32,000 nt of DNA from Haloferax volcanii DS2 (GCF_000025685.1 NC_013967.1:360001-392000), one strand, 5' to 3'; positions 16,085 through 26,129 are shown, counted from the stretch's first letter. Notes: generated by a model from the letters alone, not told the origin. A program made the numbers and translations.

Positions 16085-17716
16085 ATGCGACTCGTCTCGA
16101 CGTACGAACGGTTGCTCTGGGGAAGCATGGACGCGCTCGGTATCTCGGGTTCGGTCGAGAGAAAGGTCGTCGCCGCCGTCGCCATCCAGTTCGTGGTCTC
16201 GCTCGCGCAGGCCGCGCTTCCGTGGGTCGCGACCGGCGCGCTCCGGCTCGAACTCTCGGCACTCCTCCTGTTCGGTGCCGGCCTCGCGTTCGTCAACACG
16301 ATTATCATCACGCGAAAAGACATCGTCTCGCCAATCGAGTCCATCTCGTCGGCGGCCGCGGGCGTCGCGGCGGGCGACCTGTCGGTCCGCCCCCCGGACG
16401 TGAGCGGCACCGACGAGGTGGCCCGCCTCGCCGACGACTTCGGCGCGATGCACGACCACCTCTGCGTCGTCGCCTCGCAGGCGGGCGCGCTTGCTGACCA
16501 GCGGTTCGACGACCCGGCGCTCGACGAGAACTTACCGGGCGAGTTCGGTGACGCGCTCGACCGGATGCAGCGCGACCTCGCGGACTACACGCGCAACCTC
16601 CAGCACCTCGTGGAGGCGTTCGCGGAGGCGACTTCGCGGGCGCAGGCGGGCGACCTCACCGCCACCATCGACACCGACGACTGGGGCGTCGACGACGAGC
16701 GATACGAGGAGGTCGCGGCAACCTACAACGACCTCGTCCGCACCCTCTCGTCGACCATCGGCGAGGTGCAGTCGTTCGCACAGGAGGTGTCGGAGATGAG
16801 TTCGACCGCCCGCGAGCACGTCCGCCGGGCCGACGCCGCCAGCGAGGAAGTCGCCGCCTCGGTCACCGAAATCTCCGACGGCGCGGGGACGCAGACCGAA
16901 CACCTCCAGACGGTCTCCGACGAACTCAACACGCTCTCCGCGACCGTCGAGGAGATAGCCGCCTCCGCCGACGAGGTCGCCACCACGGCCGAGACGGCCT
17001 CCGACCGCGGCGAGGTCGGCCGCGCCGCCGCGACCGAGGCGATGGAGGAGTTAGACACCGTGGAGGCCCGCATCGCCCGCACCGCCGACGCCGTCGCGGA
17101 ACTCACCGAGAGCATCGAGGAGATAGACGAAATCGCGGCGTTCATCGACCACGTCGGCTCGCAGACCGACCTGCTCGCCATCAACGCGGCCATCGAGGCC
17201 GCCCACGCGGGCGAGGCCGGCGACGGCTTCGGCGTCGTCGCACAGGAGGTCAAGTCGCTCGCCGAGGAGACCCGCGACTCCGCCGACGAGGTATCGGGCC
17301 TCATCGCAGACATCACCGAGCACTCCGAGGAGACGCTCGCCGACGTGCGGGAGATGAACCGGCAGGTCGCCGACAGTCTGGAGACGGTCACGGAGGCCAT
17401 CGGCGAGTTCGAGACCATCGTGGACATGGTGACGGATATCGACGCCAGCGTGGCCGAGGTGAGCGCCGCGACCGACCAGCAGGCCGAGTCGGCGGCGGAC
17501 ATCGCCGCCCGCGTCGACGACGTGGCGAACATCTCCGAGGAGACCGCCGGCCAGTCGCGAACCGTCGTCGAGACCGCACAGGAGCAGTCCGAGTCCATCG
17601 GCGACCTCGCGGACCAAACCGAGGTGCTGTCGTCGCAGGCCGCCGACCTCGACCACCTCGTCGAGTCGTTCGAGGTGGTCGACGGCGAGCGAGCCGTCGC
17701 GCCGGGCGACGACTGA
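16085..17716 (+). CDS. methyl-accepting chemotaxis transducer (Htr) with a two-TM hairpin, HAMP and MCP signalling domain, 543 aa
   Basis: Start at [11 protein letters not shown] (ATG 16085); the upstream track ORF is junk. Two TM helices separated by about 8 aa. HAMP segment [10 protein letters not shown]...[13 protein letters not shown]. Signalling tip [38 protein letters not shown]. Confidence 0.85.
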   Translation: MRLVSTYERLLWGSMDALGISGSVERKVVAAVAIQFVVSLAQAALPWVATGALRLELSALLLFGAGLAFVNTIIITRKDIVSPIESISSAAAGVAAGDLSVRPPDVSGTDEVARLADDFGAMHDHLCVVASQAGALADQRFDDPALDENLPGEFGDALDRMQRDLADYTRNLQHLVEAFAEATSRAQAGDLTATIDTDDWGVDDERYEEVAATYNDLVRTLSSTIGEVQSFAQEVSEMSSTAREHVRRADAASEEVAASVTEISDGAGTQTEHLQTVSDELNTLSATVEEIAASADEVATTAETASDRGEVGRAAATEAMEELDTVEARIARTADAVAELTESIEEIDEIAAFIDHVGSQTDLLAINAAIEAAHAGEAGDGFGVVAQEVKSLAEETRDSADEVSGLIADITEHSEETLADVREMNRQVADSLETVTEAIGEFETIVDMVTDIDASVAEVSAATDQQAESAADIAARVDDVANISEETAGQSRTVVETAQEQSESIGDLADQTEVLSSQAADLDHLVESFEVVDGERAVAPGDD

Positions 17717-17833
17717 GTCGGGGTCGCAGGACGCGGGGCGCGGAACGCGGGACGCGGTACCACCCGACGACCCGCCGGCGGTGTCACCGCTTTTATCTAC
17801 AACCTTATCCGTCACCCGCCCAAACTCACGCGC

Positions 17834-19714
17834 ATGAAGATAGTGCCGGACACGAGCGCGGTCATCGACGGTCGCGTGTCCGAGCGAGTCGACGACGGCA
17901 CCTACGAGGGTGCCGACGTACTCGTCCCCGAGGCGGTCGTCAGCGAACTCGAATCGCAGGCCAACGACGGCCGTGACACGGGCTGGGAGGGCCTTTCGGA
18001 GCTCCAGCGCCTCGCAGAGTTCGCCGACGACGGCGTCATCGACCTCAACTACGTCGGCCGTCGCCCGAGTTCGGGCGAGACGAAAGGTGCCGGCGAGGGC
18101 GACATCGACGCGCTCATCCGCGACATCGCCACCGAGCGGTCGGCGACGCTCCTGACGAGCGACGTGGTGCAGGCCGAAGTGGCGAAGGCGAAGGGCGTCT
18201 CGGTCGAGTACGTCGAGGCCGCGGTCCGCGGCTCCGGCGGGCTCATCATCGAGCGCTTCTTCGACGACCAGACGATGTCGGTCCACCTCAAGACCGACAC
18301 CCGCCCGAAGGCCAAACGCGGCGCGGTCGGCGAGATGCACTACCAGCCCATCGCCGACGAGCCGACCGACGAGGCGACGATGAAGGAGTGGGCCGACGAC
18401 ATCGTCAACTCCGCTCGCGCCGCCACCGACGGCTTCGTCGAACTCTCCGAACCGGGCATGGACATCGTCCAGTTCCGCGACTACCGCATCGCGGTCGCCC
18501 GCCCGCCGTTCGCCGACGGCATCGAAATCACCGCCGTCCGGCCCATCGTCAAGACCGAACTCGACGACTACGAGTTCGCCGACGAACTCCGCGACCGACT
18601 CGCCGAGCGCCAGCGCGGCGTCCTCATCGCCGGGTCGCCCGGTGCCGGGAAGTCCACGTTCGCGCAGGCGGTCGCCGAGTTCCTCAACGACAGCGACTAC
18701 GCAGTCAAGACGATGGAGAAGCCGCGCGACCTGCAGGTCGGTCCCGACATCACCCAATACACCGCCCTCGGCGGCGATATGGCGAAGACGGCCGACTCGC
18801 TGCTGCTCGTCCGCCCCGACTACACCATCTACGACGAGGTCAGAAAGACCGAGGACTTCTCGGTGTTCTCCGACATGCGTCTGGCGGGCGTCGGCATGGT
18901 CGGCGTCGTCCACGCCACCCGCGCCATCGACGCGCTCCAGCGCCTCGTCGGCAGGGTCGAACTCGGCATGATCCCGCAGGTCGTCGACACCGTCGTCTAC
19001 ATCGAAGACGGCGAGGTCCACACGGTGTACGACGTGCGCACCGAGGTCAAGGTGCCCGAGGGCCTCTTCGCGGAGGACCTCGCCCGCCCGGTCATCCAGA
19101 TTCGGGACTTCGAGAGCGGCACGCCGGAGTACGAGATTTACACGTTCAACCGGCAGGTCGTCACCGTCCCGCTCGGCGAGGGCGGAGAAGAGAAAGAAAG
19201 CGGCGTCTCCCGGCTTGCGAAACAGGAGATCGAACGCGAGATTCGCTCCATCGCCCGCGGCCACGTCGACGTCGACTTGCAGGGACAGAACCGGGCGGTC
19301 GTCTACGTCGAGGAAGACGACATCTCCTACGTCATCGGGAAGGGCGGCGGCCGCATCTCGGACGTGGAAGACCGACTCGGAATCGACATCGACGTGCGGA
19401 CCCACGACGAGAAGCCCTCGTCGTCGGGGCAGCACGCGGGCGCGAACGCCGGCGGACAGTCCGGCGCGTCAGCCTCCGCGGGCGGGGCCGACGAGGGCGT
19501 CGTCGTGACGCCCGAGGTCACCTCGCGGCACGTCGTCGTTCGGATGGACGGCCACGTCGGTGAGACGGTCGAGGTCCGCGCCGACGGGGAGTACCTGTTC
19601 ACGGCGACGGTCGGTCGCGGCGGCGACATTCAGGTCTCCCGCGGCAGCGCCATCGCCGAGGAACTGGAGAACGCAATCGACAGAAAACAGCAGATTACGG
19701 TCGTTCCGGCCTAA
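17834..19714 (+). CDS. PIN-domain / PilT-like ATPase with C-terminal KH domain (COG1855-type), 626 aa
   Basis: MKIVPDTSAVIDGRVS (PIN), Walker A GSPGAGKSTFAQA, and the KH GxxG motif VIGKGGGRISDVEDRLGIDIDV. Confidence 0.8.
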   Translation: MKIVPDTSAVIDGRVSERVDDGTYEGADVLVPEAVVSELESQANDGRDTGWEGLSELQRLAEFADDGVIDLNYVGRRPSSGETKGAGEGDIDALIRDIATERSATLLTSDVVQAEVAKAKGVSVEYVEAAVRGSGGLIIERFFDDQTMSVHLKTDTRPKAKRGAVGEMHYQPIADEPTDEATMKEWADDIVNSARAATDGFVELSEPGMDIVQFRDYRIAVARPPFADGIEITAVRPIVKTELDDYEFADELRDRLAERQRGVLIAGSPGAGKSTFAQAVAEFLNDSDYAVKTMEKPRDLQVGPDITQYTALGGDMAKTADSLLLVRPDYTIYDEVRKTEDFSVFSDMRLAGVGMVGVVHATRAIDALQRLVGRVELGMIPQVVDTVVYIEDGEVHTVYDVRTEVKVPEGLFAEDLARPVIQIRDFESGTPEYEIYTFNRQVVTVPLGEGGEEKESGVSRLAKQEIEREIRSIARGHVDVDLQGQNRAVVYVEEDDISYVIGKGGGRISDVEDRLGIDIDVRTHDEKPSSSGQHAGANAGGQSGASASAGGADEGVVVTPEVTSRHVVVRMDGHVGETVEVRADGEYLFTATVGRGGDIQVSRGSAIAEELENAIDRKQQITVVPA

Positions 19715-19828
19715 CAGAACGGCCGAATCGTCGTTTTCGTCGGTCGGAGTTCGACCGGGTCGACACGTCGCAACTGGTCTCTTACGACACCGACTGCGAA
19801 GCGTGCGGTGGTTCCGCGGCGGTTCTGA

Positions 19829-20122
19829 TTATTCGGCGCAGCAGGCCTTTTCCTTGCCGCCGTCGGCTTTGGCCTGCGCCTGCTGCGGCGCGAGATCGGT
19901 CAACTGATAGAGGTTCTGTCGGGCGTCGGCGAAGTAGACGTCCTCGTCGACGATACCGATTCCCTCCAGTCGTTCGAGCGCGTAGCGAACAGTTCGCGCC
20001 GAGAGCATCGACTCTTCGACGATGCCTTTCTGGGTGAGCGGACCGTTGTATTCGAGCACTTTGAAAACAAGCTTCGCACTCGGTGGGAGGTCGTCGAGAC
20101 TCTCCTCTTCTGTTCCAGCCAT
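19829..20122 (-). CDS. small winged-helix (MarR/TrmB-like) transcriptional regulator, 97 aa
   Basis: LPPSAKLVFKVLEYNGPLTQKGIVEESMLSARTVRYALERLEGIGIV has the typical wHTH layout. Confidence 0.7.
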   Translation of the reverse strand: MAGTEEESLDDLPPSAKLVFKVLEYNGPLTQKGIVEESMLSARTVRYALERLEGIGIVDEDVYFADARQNLYQLTDLAPQQAQAKADGGKEKACCAE

Positions 20123-20246
20123 CGTTACGAATCGAAACGCGCTACCAGCATAAACCTTGTTGGCCTGCGACCGGCCGACAACGCTTTATCCGCGGGGCGG
20201 CGGGAGGAACGAACGCCTTTTGACGCCGGATATCGCACGGGAACAC

Positions 20247-20561
20247 ATGGCCACGGAAACGCAGACCGGACTCTCCAGTCACATTCGCGGAGTGACGGTC
20301 ACGACACTCGCCTGCCTCGCCGGCATCGCCGCCGCGGTGGTTTCGGGTGCTGTGGTGGGGACGAGTCCCGAGGCCGCGACCAATCAGTTGGCCGTGGGTA
20401 TCCTCGGGGCGCTCGTCCTCATTCAGTTCCCCGTGCTTCGCGTCGTCGGCGTCGACGTCAACGGGTTCGGCGCGAAGGACTACCTCTACGTGGTGTTCAT
20501 GACCTTCGCGCTCTGGTTCATCACGTTCGCCATCCTGCTGACTTCGGGTGTTCAGCTCTAA
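20247..20561 (+). CDS. small three-TM membrane protein (104 aa), possibly EMC6-like, co-transcribed with ABCE1
   Basis: ATG at 20247 (MATETQTGL...) with TATA-like 'cttttga' about 28 nt upstream. Three hydrophobic helices. The stop lies 2 nt before the ABCE1 ATG. The family assignment is tentative. Confidence 0.6.
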   Translation: MATETQTGLSSHIRGVTVTTLACLAGIAAAVVSGAVVGTSPEAATNQLAVGILGALVLIQFPVLRVVGVDVNGFGAKDYLYVVFMTFALWFITFAILLTSGVQL

Positions 20562-20563
20562 CG

Positions 20564-22378
20564 ATGGCCGACGATAGTATCGCCGTCGTCGACTTGGACC
20601 GGTGTTCCCCGGACCGTTGTAGCTACGAGTGCTCGAACTTCTGTCCGCCGAACCGGACGGGCAAAGAGTGCATCACGCTCCGCGGCGAGGACGCCGAGCA
20701 GGGCGGCCCCGACCAGGTGCGCATCTCCGAGGAAATCTGTCTCGGCGAGACCTGCGGCATCTGCGTCGAGAAATGCCCCTTCGATGCAATCGAAATCATC
20801 AACCTCCCGTCGGAGCTCGACGAGGAGCCGACCCACCGCTACGGCGAGAACGCCTTCTCGCTGTACGGGCTTCCGGTCCCCGAGGCCGGCTCGGTCACGG
20901 GCATCCTCGGCCCGAACGGTATCGGGAAGACGACCGCCGTCCGCGCCCTCGCGGGCGAGATGGTCCCCAACCTCGGCAACTACGACGACGACCCGACGTG
21001 GGAGGCCGTCCTCGACCGCTTCCGCGGGACCGAACTCCAGAACTACGTCGAGCAGGTCCGCGACGGCGAGGTCTCCATCGCGCGCAAGCCGCAGTACGTC
21101 GACCAGATTCCCAAGCAGTTCGACGGGACGGCGCGCGAACTCCTCGAAGCGACCGACGAGCGCGGCGCGCTCGACTCCTACATCGACCGCCTCGACATCG
21201 GGCCCGTCGTCGACAACGACATCGAGACGCTCTCCGGCGGCGAACTCCAGCGAGTCGCCCTCGCGGCGACGCTCGCCCGCGACCGCGACTTCTACTTCCT
21301 CGACGAGATTTCGCCGTACCTCGACATCGGCCAGCGCGTCACCGCCGCGCGGCTCATCCGCGAACTCGCGGAGGACGAAGACCGCGCGGTGCTCGTGGTC
21401 GAACACGACCTCGCCATCCTCGACCTGCTCGCCGACACGCTCCACGTCGCCTACGGTGAGCCCGGCGCGTACGGTGTCATCACCGACCCCAAGTCGGTCC
21501 GAAACGGCATCAACGAGTATCTGAAGGGCTACCTCTCGAACGAGAACATGCGCATCCGCCCGGAGGCCATCACCTTCGAGGAACACGCGCCGCGGGAGAC
21601 GACGAAGGCCGAACCCCTCGTCGAGTACCCCGACCTCGCCAAGTCCTACGGCGACGGCGAGTTCTCGCTCGAAGTCGAATCCGGCACCATCTACAACGGC
21701 GAAGTGCTCGGCGTCGTCGGCCCGAACGGTATCGGGAAGTCGACGCTCGCACAGCTGTTTACGGGCGACCTGACGCCCGACGCGGGCGACCTCGACTTCG
21801 CGCTCGACATCTCCTACAAGCCGCAGTACATCGAAATCGACCAGCCGATGCGGGTCGACGCGTTCCTCTCGTCCATCACCGACCAGTTCGGTTCGTCGTA
21901 CTGGAACACCGAAATCGCGAACCCGCTCCAGCTCAACCGCATCATGGAGCGCAACCTCACCGACCTCTCCGGTGGCGAGCGCCAGCGCGTCGCCATCGCG
22001 GCGTGTCTCTCGCAGGACGCCGACCTCTACCTGCTCGACGAGCCGTCGGCCCACCTCGACGTCGAACAGCGCGTGCAGGCCACCTCGGCCATCCGCCGCT
22101 ACGCTGAGAATCACGACGCGACGGTCATGGTCATCGACCACGACATCTACATGATGGACCTGCTCGCGGACCGCCTGATGGTGTTCGACGGCGAGCCGTC
22201 CATCGAGGGCCACGCCTCGAAACCGCAGGAGATGCGCGACGGCATGAACGACTTCCTGTCGGACCTCGACATCACGTTCCGCCGCGACGAGCGCACCCAG
22301 CGCCCGCGCATCAACAAGCCCGACTCGCAACTCGACCGCGAGCAGAAGCGCGCCGGCGAGTACTACTACGCCGAGTAG
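20564..22378 (+). CDS. abce1: ABCE1 / RNase L inhibitor (Rli1) ribosome-recycling ATPase, 604 aa
   Basis: N-terminal Fe-S cluster Cys motifs (CSPDRCSYECSNFCP, CLGETCGICVEKCP). Two ABC cassettes (GPNGIGKTT, GPNGIGKST; LSGGELQR, LSGGERQR). Confidence 0.95.
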   Translation: MADDSIAVVDLDRCSPDRCSYECSNFCPPNRTGKECITLRGEDAEQGGPDQVRISEEICLGETCGICVEKCPFDAIEIINLPSELDEEPTHRYGENAFSLYGLPVPEAGSVTGILGPNGIGKTTAVRALAGEMVPNLGNYDDDPTWEAVLDRFRGTELQNYVEQVRDGEVSIARKPQYVDQIPKQFDGTARELLEATDERGALDSYIDRLDIGPVVDNDIETLSGGELQRVALAATLARDRDFYFLDEISPYLDIGQRVTAARLIRELAEDEDRAVLVVEHDLAILDLLADTLHVAYGEPGAYGVITDPKSVRNGINEYLKGYLSNENMRIRPEAITFEEHAPRETTKAEPLVEYPDLAKSYGDGEFSLEVESGTIYNGEVLGVVGPNGIGKSTLAQLFTGDLTPDAGDLDFALDISYKPQYIEIDQPMRVDAFLSSITDQFGSSYWNTEIANPLQLNRIMERNLTDLSGGERQRVAIAACLSQDADLYLLDEPSAHLDVEQRVQATSAIRRYAENHDATVMVIDHDIYMMDLLADRLMVFDGEPSIEGHASKPQEMRDGMNDFLSDLDITFRRDERTQRPRINKPDSQLDREQKRAGEYYYAE

Positions 22379-22514
22379 CGACCCGGTCGCCCGTTCGCGT
22401 TTCCGTCACGCTTCGGTCCTTTTTCGCACCTACTGGCCCCCGGTTACACGCCGCGCCGCGAGTGACTCCGATGTTACTACGGACGTTTTCACGGCCACGC
22501 TCGAAGACGGGGGT

Positions 22515-23456
22515 ATGACGAACGATTCCCCATCCGACGGCTCGCTCACGGACGACACCCACCTCGATCGGGTCGCGCTCCGCGTCGGCTCGCTCGACCG
22601 CGTCGTCCCGTTCTACCGCGACGTGGTCGGCCTCGCGGTCGAGCGCGAACGCGACGGGTCGCGGGCGGTGCTCTCGGCCGGCGAGACGCCCGTCGTCGTC
22701 CTCGACGAGGACTCCGACGCCCCCGAGCGCGGTCGCCGGGAGGCCGGGCTGTTCCACCTCGCGGTTCGCGTGCCCGACCGCGGCGCGCTCGGTGACGTGC
22801 TCGCCCGCGCCCGAACCCGCGCCAGCGACACGGGTGCGACGCTCTCCGGCGCGTCCGACCACCTCGTCAGCGAGGCGCTGTACTTCCGCGACCCGGAGGG
22901 CAACGGCGTCGAGGTCTACCGCGACCGCCCGCGCGAGGAGTGGCCGTGGACCGACGACCGCCGGGTGTCGATGGACACGCTCCCGCTGGACCTCGGTGCG
23001 CTCGCCGACGACGCCGCCGGCGACGAGGTCGCGCCCGCCGGCACCGACCTCGGCCACGTCCACCTCGAAGTCACGAACGTCCCTCGTTCGCGGGATTTCT
23101 ACGTCGACGCGCTCGGTATGCGCGTCCGCGACGAGGGTTACCCCGGCGCGGCGTTCGTCGCCGCCGGCGAGTACCACCACCACGTCGGCCTGAACAGCTG
23201 GAATACCCGAAGCGCCCCGGCCGGCGGGAGCCGCGGCATCGAGTGGTTCGAAATCGTCGTCCCCGACGCCGCGACGCTCGACGCGGTCCGCGAGTCGCTG
23301 GTCGACGCCGGCCACGAGATCGAACAGGACGGGTCCGACGAGTCCGGGTCCGGCGACGGCGACGCGACTGACGCGGCCGACGCGTCAACCGCGACCGAGT
23401 CGCTCGTCCTCTCCGACCCCGACGGAATCGGCGTTCGCGTCGTTCGCAGCCGCTGA
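22515..23456 (+). CDS. two-domain VOC (glyoxalase/bleomycin-resistance/extradiol dioxygenase) family protein, 313 aa
   Basis: Repeated modules: HLDRVALRVGSLDRVVPFYRDVVGL ... GLFHLA and LGHVHLEVTNVPRSRDFYVDALGM ... HHHVGLN. Acidic low-complexity tail. Confidence 0.75.
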   Translation: MTNDSPSDGSLTDDTHLDRVALRVGSLDRVVPFYRDVVGLAVERERDGSRAVLSAGETPVVVLDEDSDAPERGRREAGLFHLAVRVPDRGALGDVLARARTRASDTGATLSGASDHLVSEALYFRDPEGNGVEVYRDRPREEWPWTDDRRVSMDTLPLDLGALADDAAGDEVAPAGTDLGHVHLEVTNVPRSRDFYVDALGMRVRDEGYPGAAFVAAGEYHHHVGLNSWNTRSAPAGGSRGIEWFEIVVPDAATLDAVRESLVDAGHEIEQDGSDESGSGDGDATDAADASTATESLVLSDPDGIGVRVVRSR

Positions 23457-23510
23457 CGCGTCGGGTTTCCCGAACGAATAATTTTGTCGCTGGTCGCCCA
23501 ACGCGACGGT

Positions 23511-23993
23511 ATGATAGCGAGCGATTCGAGCGAGCGCCGTCGCGGGCTCACCCCCCGGAGCCCGGCGTTCGACGACGGATGCCCGATACCCCGCCCCCAC
23601 GGCTACGCGGCCGCAAACGAGAGTCCGCCGCTCCGCATCGGCGGCGTGCCACCCGGGACCGCCTCGCTCGCCCTCGTGATGGACGACCCCGACGCGGTGA
23701 AACCCGCGGGCGAGGTGTGGGACCACTGGTTCGTCTGGAACGTCGCCCCCGAGACGGACGCCATCGCGGCGGGCGAGACGCCACCGGGCGCGGTCGAGGG
23801 AACGAACAGCTACGGCGAGCGGGGCTACGGCGGCCCGAACCCGCCGGACGGCGAGCACACCTACCGGTTCCTGCTGTACGCGCTCGATGCACCCCTCGAC
23901 CTCGACGCGGGCGCGACGAAGGCCGACCTGAAGCGCGCCATCGCGGGACACGTCGTCGCCGAGACGAAACTGGCCGGGAGCTACGCGCTCTGA
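23511..23993 (+). CDS. YbhB/YbcL-family PEBP (Raf kinase inhibitor-like) protein, about 160 aa
   Basis: DDPDAVKPAGEVWDHWFVWNV and GYGGPNPPDGEHTYRFLLYALD are PEBP signatures. The ATG at 23511 is preferred over the TTG at 23484 because 'aataatttt' (23477-23485) sits 26-34 nt upstream. Confidence 0.8.
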   Translation: MIASDSSERRRGLTPRSPAFDDGCPIPRPHGYAAANESPPLRIGGVPPGTASLALVMDDPDAVKPAGEVWDHWFVWNVAPETDAIAAGETPPGAVEGTNSYGERGYGGPNPPDGEHTYRFLLYALDAPLDLDAGATKADLKRAIAGHVVAETKLAGSYAL

Positions 23994-24017
23994 CCCGGCC
24001 GAAAACGGGTCCCTCGC

Positions 24018-25076
24018 TCACCGGCCGCCATCGGACTCCACGACCGCGCCGTCGCCGTCGTCGCCCACCAGAAGCGTCACGTCGTAGCCGAAGGCTCGAA
24101 TCACGTCGAGGTTCGTCCGCACGTGGTCCGTGACGGCGGGAATCCGCAGGCGACCCCCGGCGAGCGCGACCCAGACGAGCAGCTGGTCGGCCATGTGTCG
24201 GTCCACGGGCGCGTCGCCGCCGAGCCAGTCGAGGAACGACGCGGCCGCCCGCGACCCGACCGCCTCGGCCGGCGTGCCGCGCTCGCCGTAGGCGTCGAAG
24301 CCGGCGACGACCGACTCGGAGCCGTCGCCGGCGCGCTCGTCATCCTCTCCCCGCGCGACGGCGACCACGACCGACCCGGGCGAGTCGCTTTCGACCGACG
24401 AGACCGCGGCGCGAACCGGGAGGTCGACGCCCGCTTCGGCGAGCGCGTCGCGGACGCCTTCGACCTGCCGTTCGGCCACCGCGGCGGCCGCGAGCGAGCC
24501 GCTTTCGACCGAATAGACCCGGAGTTCGTCGGGGTCCGCGCGGCGGTCCAGCGCCAGCGGGGTCGGCTCGGCCGGTTCGATGCGGAGCGAAAGCCTGCCG
24601 CCGCCGGCCGGGTAGAAGCCGCGGCGGGGCACCGAGACGCCGAACTCGACGCCGAACCTCGAACACAACGGGCGCTTCACGTGCCGGTGGTAGTCGGCCG
24701 GCGGCGACCACCGAACGTCGGTGCCGCCGGTGACGGTGAGCGAAAGCGGGTCGTCGAGGGCGACGGCCGCCGGGAGCACCGTCTCACAGACGAGCGTCGC
24801 GCTCCCGGCCGTGCCGACGGCGACCTCGACGGGGTCGGTTCGGACGCGGTCGGGCGAAAAGCGGAGCGTCGAGGAGCCGACCTCGCCGCCCTCGACCGCG
24901 GCGTTCGAGACGGCCGCCGCGACCGAGACGCAGGCGACGTGCTGGGCCTTCAGTCCGGGCGTCGAGCGGTTCCCGCGGACGTTCGTCATCTCGAACGATT
25001 CGCCGGTGACGAGCGAGAGCGCGAGGGCGGTTCGCAGGGGTTGACCGCCGCCGTTTCGGCCGTCCAGTCGTCGCAT
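24018..25076 (-). CDS. rtcA: RNA 3'-terminal phosphate cyclase
   Basis: LDGRNGGGQPLRTALALSLVTGESFEMTNVRGNRSTPGLKAQHV, plus later HMADQLLV, are typical of RtcA. Confidence 0.9.
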   Translation of the reverse strand: MRRLDGRNGGGQPLRTALALSLVTGESFEMTNVRGNRSTPGLKAQHVACVSVAAAVSNAAVEGGEVGSSTLRFSPDRVRTDPVEVAVGTAGSATLVCETVLPAAVALDDPLSLTVTGGTDVRWSPPADYHRHVKRPLCSRFGVEFGVSVPRRGFYPAGGGRLSLRIEPAEPTPLALDRRADPDELRVYSVESGSLAAAAVAERQVEGVRDALAEAGVDLPVRAAVSSVESDSPGSVVVAVARGEDDERAGDGSESVVAGFDAYGERGTPAEAVGSRAAASFLDWLGGDAPVDRHMADQLLVWVALAGGRLRIPAVTDHVRTNLDVIRAFGYDVTLLVGDDGDGAVVESDGGR

Positions 25077-25526
25077 TCAGCGGACGACGGTGACGGGGCA
25101 GGACGCCCGTTCGACCAGTTCCTTGGCGACGCTGCCGACCAGCCCCTCGTAGCGCTTCGAGAGGCCGCGGTGGCCGACGAAGATGCCGTCCGCGTCCGCC
25201 TCGTCGGCGTAGGTCGGAATCGCCTCGACGGGGTCGCCGTAGAGGAGTTCCGTGGCCGCGTCGACGCCGGCGTCGGCGGCGCGTTCGGCGGCCGCGTTGA
25301 GGACGCGTTCGGCGCGCGACTCCGCGTCTTCGAGGCTCTCGGCGACGATGCGGTCGCCCGTCCCCGCGACGCCCGCGACCGGCCCCTCGCCGCCTTCGAC
25401 GAGGACCTGCGGTTCGACCGCGTGGACGATTGTGACCGTCGCACCCAGCGGTTCGAGCATCGAAAGCGCGTGGTCGAGCGCTCTGTCGGCGGCCGCAGAG
25501 CCGTCTACTGCAACGACGAAGTTCAT
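25077..25526 (-). CDS. universal stress protein (UspA family), 149 aa
   Basis: FVVAVDGSAAADRALDHAL ... IFVGHRGLSKRYEGLVGSVAKELVERASCPVTVVR. Its stop codon directly abuts the rtcA start. Confidence 0.85.
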   Translation of the reverse strand: MNFVVAVDGSAAADRALDHALSMLEPLGATVTIVHAVEPQVLVEGGEGPVAGVAGTGDRIVAESLEDAESRAERVLNAAAERAADAGVDAATELLYGDPVEAIPTYADEADADGIFVGHRGLSKRYEGLVGSVAKELVERASCPVTVVR

Positions 25527-25607
25527 ACCTGAATACAGGTGCCGAGACGAGAAAAGGGGTGAGTCGAGACGGAGCGAGACGAGACGGGCGGGACTCGCGT
25601 TCGGGCG

Positions 25608-26129
25608 CTAGTGGACGAGCCGACTGCAAGTGCCACAGAGGTTCTCTTCTTTCACGTCGACCTCTCGGACCGTCGGCGAGAAGGACATGACGCACTTGTT
25701 GTTGTCGCAGTGTTCGAGGCCGAGGGTGTGGCCGATTTCGTGGACGACCTCTTTTCGCACGCGGTCGGACAGCACCTCCTCGGCGGGTTTGTTCGTGATG
25801 CCGCCGTCGCTGGTGGTTTGGAGACGGTACGTGGAGATGACGGAGCCGTTGCCGTTGAGGTACGCGAGGCCGAAGACGTAGTTTCGGCGGCGGTAGTAGA
25901 GGTCTTTTTCGGTGATGCCGATGTTCTTCTCGCCGCGCCCGATGCGGCTCGCCAGCTCGATGAACTGCTCGGCCCGGTACTGGTTTCGGCTCCGGTCGAA
26001 CGCGCCCTCGGGTATCGCCTGATTCGATTGCACGGTCACGTCGCAGTCGTAGACGGAGCGGAGTCCGGCGGATGCCTCCCGCTTGACGGCCGCAGAAATA
26101 TCCCCGATAGGCACGATATCGACGAGCAT
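25608..26129 (-). CDS. amzA: archaemetzincin (zinc metalloprotease), 173 aa
   Basis: Start at MLVDIVPIGD (ATG 26129). HEIGHTLGLEHC plus the C-terminal CVMSF...CGTC zinc motif. The longer 335-aa track ORF is an artefactual extension. Confidence 0.85.
   Translation of the reverse strand: MLVDIVPIGDISAAVKREASAGLRSVYDCDVTVQSNQAIPEGAFDRSRNQYRAEQFIELASRIGRGEKNIGITEKDLYYRRRNYVFGLAYLNGNGSVISTYRLQTTSDGGITNKPAEEVLSDRVRKEVVHEIGHTLGLEHCDNNKCVMSFSPTVREVDVKEENLCGTCSRLVH

Noticed and set aside
17051-19435. 794-aa minus-strand ORF; similar cases at 20558-22330 (590 aa), 28525-30411 (628 aa), 14770-16062 (430 aa) and 1637-3181 (514 aa)
   Set aside because: All are antisense or out of frame relative to genes with strong family signatures (PIN-ATPase, ABCE1, MFS, M20, FAU-1). 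All have low-complexity R/G/P/A/V-rich translations. They are GC-driven open frames, not genes.
25541-25600. Repeated gagacg motif (about 4 copies) upstream of the usp gene
   Set aside because: The copies are short, irregularly spaced and purine-rich, consistent with chance. They are not a tandem repeat or a CRISPR-like array.
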